Shown here: positions 58,289-64,000 of the stretch, piece after piece | Layout: each line of letters starts with the position of its first letter | Position numbering within the stretch: the stretch's first letter is position 1 | Source: an uncultured Candidatus Rokubacteria bacterium | GTDB lineage: Bacteria; Methylomirabilota; Methylomirabilia; Rokubacteriales; CSP1-6 | Direction of reading: 5' to 3' | DNA length: 64,000 nucleotides | NCBI GenBank assembly: GCA_963747235.1 | Contig: CAVVEU010000008.1 | Span: 707,433 to 771,432 of the forward strand | The notes under the pieces: model-generated | What the model saw: only the letters and a program-made list of their open reading frames with translations | The model's database searches: none | Told to the model about the DNA's origin: nothing | Position numbers and translations under genes: made by a program

Positions 58289-59851
58289 ATGGATCATCCG
58301 AAGAACGGAACCGCGCCGATCGGCCGGCGGCGCCTGCTCAAGACCGGCGCCGCCGCGCTGACTCTCGCCGCCGCGGGCCTGCCCCGCCGCGCGGCCGCCC
58401 AGGGCAAGACGGGTGGCACGCTGACGTTCGCGAGCACCGCGCTGCCGCCGAGCCTCGAGCCGCACATGCAGGGGCTCGACATCTGGCAGCGCCGCAAGCC
58501 GCTGCTCTACGAGAACCTGGTCTGGATCGATCACGCGCTCGAGCCCAAGCCGGAGCTCGCCGAGCGCTGGGAGCAGAAGTCGCCCACCGAGTACGTCTTC
58601 CACCTGCACCGGGGCGTGCGGTTCCACAACGGCAAGGAGATGGACGCCGAGGACGTCAAGTACACCTACGAGCGGGTCCGCGATCCCAAGGTGAGCCCGG
58701 GCGCCAGCGACCTGGCCTACGTGAGCCAGATCGACGCGGTGGACAAGTACACCGTCCGGTTCGTGCTCTCCGCGCCCTCCGCCACGTTCCTGGCCAATCT
58801 GGGGGGCAAGTACAACGGCGTCATCCCGAAGGACGCGGGTGGCGACGGCAAGGCCCTGCTGACCACCGCGGTCGGCACCGGCCCCTTCGCGCTGGACAGC
58901 TTCGACCCGAGCCGCCGCCTCGCGCTCAAGCGGCACGGCCAGTACTGGGGCGCGCAGAAGCCCCTGCTGGACGCCATCGTGTTCCAGGCCATCCCGGACG
59001 AGTCGTCCATCGTGGCCGGCCTGCGGACGGGCCAGATCACGCTGGCCGAGTTCTCCTCGGCGCTGTCGTTCCAGGTGGCCAGGACCGTGCCGACCCTCGA
59101 GGCGATCCAGGCCCCGTCCACCCGCTGGGTGGTGCTCGATCTGGCGGGCGACCAGGAGCCCACCAGCAAGCTCGAGGTGCGCCAGGCCATCGCGCTGGCC
59201 ATCGACCGCGCGGCCATTCTCCAGATCGCGGGCTCGGGGCTGGGCCAGCGCCTCGGCGTGCTGCCGCCCGGCCTCAAGGGCTGGGCGCTGCCGTGGCAGG
59301 AGCTGCCGAACCAGCAGCGCGACGTGGCGAAGGCCAAGCAGCTCCTGCAGAAGGCGGGCTACCCCGGGCGCGTGCCGATGAAGATCCGCAACATCGTCGG
59401 CTTCCCCGCGCTGGGCGCCGCCCTGCCCGTCATCGTGGACAACCTGAAGGAAGCGGGCATCGACGTGACGGTGGAGACGGTGGACGGCGGCGTCTGGATC
59501 AAGGACTGGATCGTGCCGCAGTCGCCGCCCACCATGAACGACTGGGGCGGCTACGTGGACCCCGACCAGGCCTTCCACCGCCACTTCCACTCCGCTCCGG
59601 GCGGCCGCGACTTCCGCCGCTGGAAGAACAAGGCCGCCGACGAGCTGATGGACAGCGGCCGCGTCACGCTGGACCGCGCCAAGCGCAAGCAGCTCTACGA
59701 CCAGCTCCAGCGCATGTTCGCGGAGGACCCGATCACGATCCCGCTCTACTCGCCGGATCTGCTCTACGTCCGGCAGAAGAGCCTCAAGGGCTTCCAGCCG
59801 CACTCGACCGGCTTCTACTACGGCCTGCGCTTCGCCTCCCTCGAGAGCTGA
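58289..59851 (+). CDS. ABC substrate-binding protein, family 5 (Tat signal)
   Basis: RRRLLK twin-arginine leader; PELAERW, GVRFHNG, GTGPF, VRQAI..AIDR. Confidence 0.93.
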   Translation: MDHPKNGTAPIGRRRLLKTGAAALTLAAAGLPRRAAAQGKTGGTLTFASTALPPSLEPHMQGLDIWQRRKPLLYENLVWIDHALEPKPELAERWEQKSPTEYVFHLHRGVRFHNGKEMDAEDVKYTYERVRDPKVSPGASDLAYVSQIDAVDKYTVRFVLSAPSATFLANLGGKYNGVIPKDAGGDGKALLTTAVGTGPFALDSFDPSRRLALKRHGQYWGAQKPLLDAIVFQAIPDESSIVAGLRTGQITLAEFSSALSFQVARTVPTLEAIQAPSTRWVVLDLAGDQEPTSKLEVRQAIALAIDRAAILQIAGSGLGQRLGVLPPGLKGWALPWQELPNQQRDVAKAKQLLQKAGYPGRVPMKIRNIVGFPALGAALPVIVDNLKEAGIDVTVETVDGGVWIKDWIVPQSPPTMNDWGGYVDPDQAFHRHFHSAPGGRDFRRWKNKAADELMDSGRVTLDRAKRKQLYDQLQRMFAEDPITIPLYSPDLLYVRQKSLKGFQPHSTGFYYGLRFASLES

Positions 59852-59872
59852 GGAGCGCGGTCCAGCGGGCGC

Positions 59873-60824
59873 GTGCGCGCCTACCTCCTCCAGCGGCTCG
59901 CGGCGATGGGGCTCACCCTCTTCGGGGTGAGCCTGCTCGTCTTCGCGATGGTGCGGCTGATCCCGGGGACGGTGGTGGAGCAGCTCCTGGGACAGGCCTC
60001 GATGGGCTCCCCCGAGGTCGTGGCGTCGCTTCCGCCGCTTCTTCGGCCTGGACCAGCCCTGGCACGTGCAGTACGGCGTCTGGCTCGCCGGTCTGCTGCG
60101 CGGCGATCTCGGGGTGTCGTGGCTCTCCGGGCGGCCGGTGCTGGCGCTCTTCCTCGAGCGCCTGCCCGTCTCCGCGGAGCTGGCCGTGCTCGCGGTGGGG
60201 TGGTCGCTGCTGCTCGGCATCCCGCTCGGCACCGCCTCCGCGGTCTGGCGCGGCGGCCTGCGCGACGGCCTCATCCGCGTGGGCGCGACGCTCGGGCTGT
60301 CCATGCCCGCCTTCTGGCAGGGCGCGGTGCTCATCCTGTTCTTCTCGCTCTACCTGGGCTGGATGCCCGCGCTCACGTGGGTGCCCTTCACCCGGAGCCC
60401 GTCGGCGAACCTGGCCATCATGGCCCTGCCCGCCCTCACGCTCGGCACCGCCACCGCCGCCATGATCACCCGCATGGCGCGCTCGTCCATGCTCGACGTG
60501 CTGGGACGCGAGTACGTGCGCACCGCGCGCGCCAAGGGCGTGGCGGAGCGCCGCGTGACCTTCCACCACGCGCTCCGGAACGCGCTGATCCCGGTGGTCA
60601 CGGTGGCGGGCGTGCAGCTCGGCTACATCGTGGGCGGCATCGTGGTGGTGGAGGACGTCTTCACCCTGCCCGGCGTCGGGCGCCTGCTGCTCGACGCCAT
60701 CTTCCAGCGCGACTACCCGGTGGTCCAGGGCGTGATCCTGCTCCTGGCCGCCGCGTTCATGGCGCTGAACCTCCTCGTGGACCTGCTGTACACGCTGATC
60801 GATCCGAGACTGCGCCGTGGCTGA
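59873..60824 (+). CDS. Dpp/Opp-type ABC permease B (+1 frameshift near 60030)
   Basis: LIPG, GLDQP, GDLG.SW, EYVRTARAKG, RDYPVVQG, DPRLR. Confidence 0.92.
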
Positions 60825-61654
60825 CGGGTCGGGCCGCGCGATGGCTGGTCCGCCGGCCGCTCCTGGCCGGCGCCGGGCTGACGCTCGCGGGCCTGGTGCT
60901 GGCGGGCACGCTGGCCGAGATGGTCGCGCCGTACTCGCCCACCGCGGTGGACGCGAGCCACATGTTCAGCCGGCCGGGCGGCGGGCACCTCTTCGGCACC
61001 GATCGCTTCGGCCGCGACCTGCTCTCGCGCGTGGTCTTCGGCATCCGCGTCTCGCTGGGCATCGCCGGCGCGGCCATCGCGATCGCGCTCCTGGCCGGGG
61101 GCACGCTGGGGATGCTGGCCGGCCTCGGCCGCGCCGCGGACCAGGCGCTGGGCCGGGTGATGGACGTGTTCTTCGCCTTCCCGCCGATCCTGCTCGCCAT
61201 CGGCATCGCGGCGGTGCTGGGCGCCGGGCCCGGCACCGCGGTGATCGCGATCGCGGTGGTCTACGCGCCGCTCTTCTTCCGCGTGGTCCGCGGCAGCGTG
61301 CTGGCCGAGTCGGCCCAGGCCTACGTGGAGGCCGCCGAGGCGCTCGGCCGTGGGCGCCTCGGCATCCTGTTCCGCCACGTCCTGCCGAACATCATCTCGC
61401 CCATCGTGATCCAGACCGCGGTGTGCCTCTCCTACGGCATCCTGATCGAGTCGGCGCTCTCCTACCTGGGGGTGGGCGTGCAGCCGCCGACGCCGTCCTG
61501 GGGCGCGATCCTGAACGAGGGCAAGGAGTTCCTGATGCTGGCCCCGTGGGTGTCGCTATTCCCGGGCGCGGCCATCATGCTGGCGGTGCTGTCCCTGAAC
61601 GTGCTGGGCGACGGATTGCGCGACGCCCTCGATCCCCGAGCCGAGATGAGGTGA
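60817..61654 (+). CDS. Dpp/Opp-type ABC permease C (probable +1 error near 60828)
   Basis: HLFGTDRFGRD, YVEAA, RHVLPN, PSWG, GDGLRDALDPR. Confidence 0.92.
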
Positions 61655-61656
61655 GC

Positions 61657-62143
61657 ATGACCTACGAGCCGAGCGACAAGATCGGAACCCTGACCGACGC
61701 CGAGCTGGCCACGTTCCTGGACGAGCCATGGAACGGCCGCATCGCCACCATCACGCCCGAGGGCTGGCCCTACGTGGCCCCGGTCTGGTACGAGTTCGAG
61801 CGCGCGACCGCGCAGCTTCCTGGTGGTGGGGCGCGAGCGGGCTTCGTGGATCGCCCACATCCGCACGAACCCGCGCGTGGCCTTCCACGTGGCCGACGAC
61901 CTGCACGCCCATCACACCCGCGTCCAGGTGCAGGCCACCGCGCGCATCCTGGAAGGGCCGATCGCCCCCACCGCCAGCCCGACCCTGCTCGAGCTGACAC
62001 ATCGCCTCTCGCGGCGCTACCTGGGCCCGGACGGCCCGCGCTACGCGGAGAAGACCCTGGGCCGTCCCCGCGTGCTGGTGCGCCTCGAGCCGGTGAGCTG
62101 GACCTCCTGGACGGGCCAGGAGTGGCACCCGCGCTACCGCTGA
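61657..62143 (+). CDS. Pyridoxamine 5'-phosphate oxidase-like split-barrel flavin/deazaflavin protein (+1 frameshift near 61812)
   Basis: ATITPEGWPYVAPVWY, NPRVA, RYLG, P....SW. Confidence 0.8.
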
Positions 62144-62144
62144 C

Positions 62145-62534
62145 ATGAAGCGCGCGGTCCTCATGGCCGTCCGGGCGCTCGCACGCCGCTGCCCCAACTG
62201 TGGCGCCGGCCCGGTCATCGTGCGGTGGATCCACACGGTCCCGGCCTGCCCGCGGTGCCGGCTGCGTCTCGACCGCGGCGAGCCGGACTACTTCCTGGGC
62301 GCGATCGTCTTCAACATGGCCTTCGCGGAGGGCCTCTTCGCCGCGGCGCTCCTGGCCGTCCTGCTCTGGACCTGGCCGAACCCGCCGTGGGACGCGCTCT
62401 ACTACGGCGGCATCGTCGGCCTGATCGTCGCGCCGATCCTCTTCTATCCCTACTCCAAGCTCCTGTGGCTCGCCTTCGACCTGCTCTTCCGCCCGCTCAG
62501 GCCGGAAGACTTCGAGCCACCCGCGGCGGGCTAG
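62145..62534 (+). CDS. DUF983-like Zn-ribbon membrane protein
   Basis: RCPNCG, CPRC, YFLGA, two TM segments, YSKLLWLAFD. Confidence 0.8.
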   Translation: MKRAVLMAVRALARRCPNCGAGPVIVRWIHTVPACPRCRLRLDRGEPDYFLGAIVFNMAFAEGLFAAALLAVLLWTWPNPPWDALYYGGIVGLIVAPILFYPYSKLLWLAFDLLFRPLRPEDFEPPAAG

Positions 62535-62936
62535 AGGCGGCCGTCCTGCTCGACGCGCTTCCAGTAGGTGTCCTTGTTGAGGATCTTGTCGCCGCGGAAC
62601 TCGTAGATGTCGCAGCCCTGATAGTTGAGCCGCTCGCCGTCCGCGCCCGTGCCGGTCACCATCCAGACCGAGACCGCGCGATTGCCGGTCACGAAGTGAT
62701 CGACGTGGTCCCAGCGCATGCCGCTGATGACCTTGAAGCGATCCGCCGAGCACCTTCCCGATCGCCGCCTTGCCGTGGACGCGCCGCCCGCACGGCTCGG
62801 GGCCGCGGGCCATCAGGAAGGTCGCGTCCTCCGCGAAGAAGCTCAGGATCCGGTCCACGTCGCGGCTGTTGAAGGCGGCGTTGATCTCCATCAGCAGGTC
62901 GATGCTGGGGCCCGTGGCGGTCGATGTGGTCGTCAT
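62531..62936 (-). CDS. SnoaL/NTF2-like protein (+1 frameshift near 62745)
   Basis: AFNSRDVD, GCDIYEFRGDKILNKDTYWK. Confidence 0.85.
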
Positions 62937-62992
62937 GGGCGAGACTCTGCCCGGGCCCGGCCTGCCCGTCAAGCGGGTGCTATCATCCGCGC

Positions 62993-63950
62993 ATGCCCCT
63001 GCCCACCGACGGCCCGGTCACGCCCGGTGACCTGCTGACGCTCGAGGCGCTGGGGCATTTCCGGCGCACGTCCACCCTGCGCGGCGTCGGCCTGCGTCCT
63101 GCACGCGTGGAGCGTCATCGCGGGCGCGGTCGCGCTCTACCTGCTCTGGCCGTCGGCGCTCACGCTGGTCGTGGCCGTCCTGGTCATCGGCGCCCGCCAG
63201 CTCGGGCTCATGGTGCTCATGCACGAGACCGCGCACTGGCTGCTCTTCCGCGAGGGGCGCCTCAACACCTGGGTCGGGACCTGGCTCTGCGCCGCGCCGC
63301 TCGGGGTGGACCTCAAGGCGTATCGCAGACGGCATCACCTGCACCACCGGCACACGCAGACCCCCGAGGATCCCGACCTGGCGCTCTCGGCGCCGCTGCC
63401 GGTCTCGCGCGGACGCCTGGCCCTGACGCTCCTGGGCGACCTCTGCGGATGGACGGCGCTCACGCGGGTCGCGCGCTGGCGGCCCTGGTGCGATGGCCTC
63501 GCCGAGACGTGGCGGCGGGCGCGGGCTCCCGTCATCGCCAACGCGGTGCTCGGCGCCGTGCTCACGGCTCTGGGCGGCTGGCCGCTCTATCTGCTCGCGT
63601 GGGTGCTGCCCTGGGCGACGTGGTTCCAGCTCGTCACGCGGATCCGCGATATTGCCGAGCACGGGCGGGTCCACGACGCCGCGGACCCGCTCCGGAACAC
63701 GCGCACGATCGGCGCGGGGCTCGTGGCGCGAGCCTTCGTGGCTCCCTACGGAGTGAACTATCACCTCGAGCATCACCTGCTCGTGTTCGTGCCGTGCTGG
63801 AAGCTCCGCGAGGTGCAGGCTCTGCTGCTGGCCAAGGGCCTGGGTGGGCGCATGGAGCGGGCGGCGAGCTACGTGGAGGTGCTGGCTCGCGCGACCGGCG
63901 GCGTCACCTGGGCGGGCCCTCGCCCTCGAGCTGGCACTGATATTCCTTGA
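62993..63950 (+). CDS. Membrane fatty-acid-desaturase-family protein (+1 frameshift near 63093)
   Basis: His boxes HETAH, HHLHH, HLEHH; DPD; AEH. Confidence 0.88.
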
Positions 63951-64000
63951 TCTTCGCCTTCGGGTCGAGCCGGCCACCCTTCCATCCGGCGAGCAGGTTC

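Overview
A very GC-rich (about 70%+ by eye) chromosomal window from a diderm bacterium. Gene style suggests Candidatus Rokubacteria/Methylomirabilota, but this is an inference and was not checked. Bases 1-48.8 kb are a largely plus-strand housekeeping block: uvrC, leuS-lptE-holA, rpsT, murJ, xerD, a CBS/tRNA nucleotidyltransferase, pyrG-kdsA-kdsD-kdsC, lptCAB-rpoN-hpf-rapZ, GH57, metK, UPF0182, fused lptFG, valS-birA-coaX, guaB3-guaA, dnaE-accA, miaB and paaK-paaA-like. A 28-bp XerCD dif-like site lies at 49161-49188. After it, gene orientation becomes mixed or minus and content is accessory: bactofilin, pseudo-receiver, LLM monooxygenase plus a Ser-less hydrolase, a deleted MFS gene, an ABC operon and a desaturase. 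More than 20 genes, including essential ones, are broken by frameshifts that are almost all net +1, best explained as sequencing insertion errors. The most notable signals are (i) a ~50-bp palindromic repeat family that appears to sit inside coding sequence, each copy read in the same frame (W.SA.AISG.PQ.K), resembling Rickettsia RPE behaviour; (ii) the dif site; (iii) a sigma54 box overlapping the sigma70 promoter of the rpoN operon; and (iv) several apparently leaderless and bidirectional promoters. No rRNA, tRNA, CRISPR array, transposase or prophage was seen.
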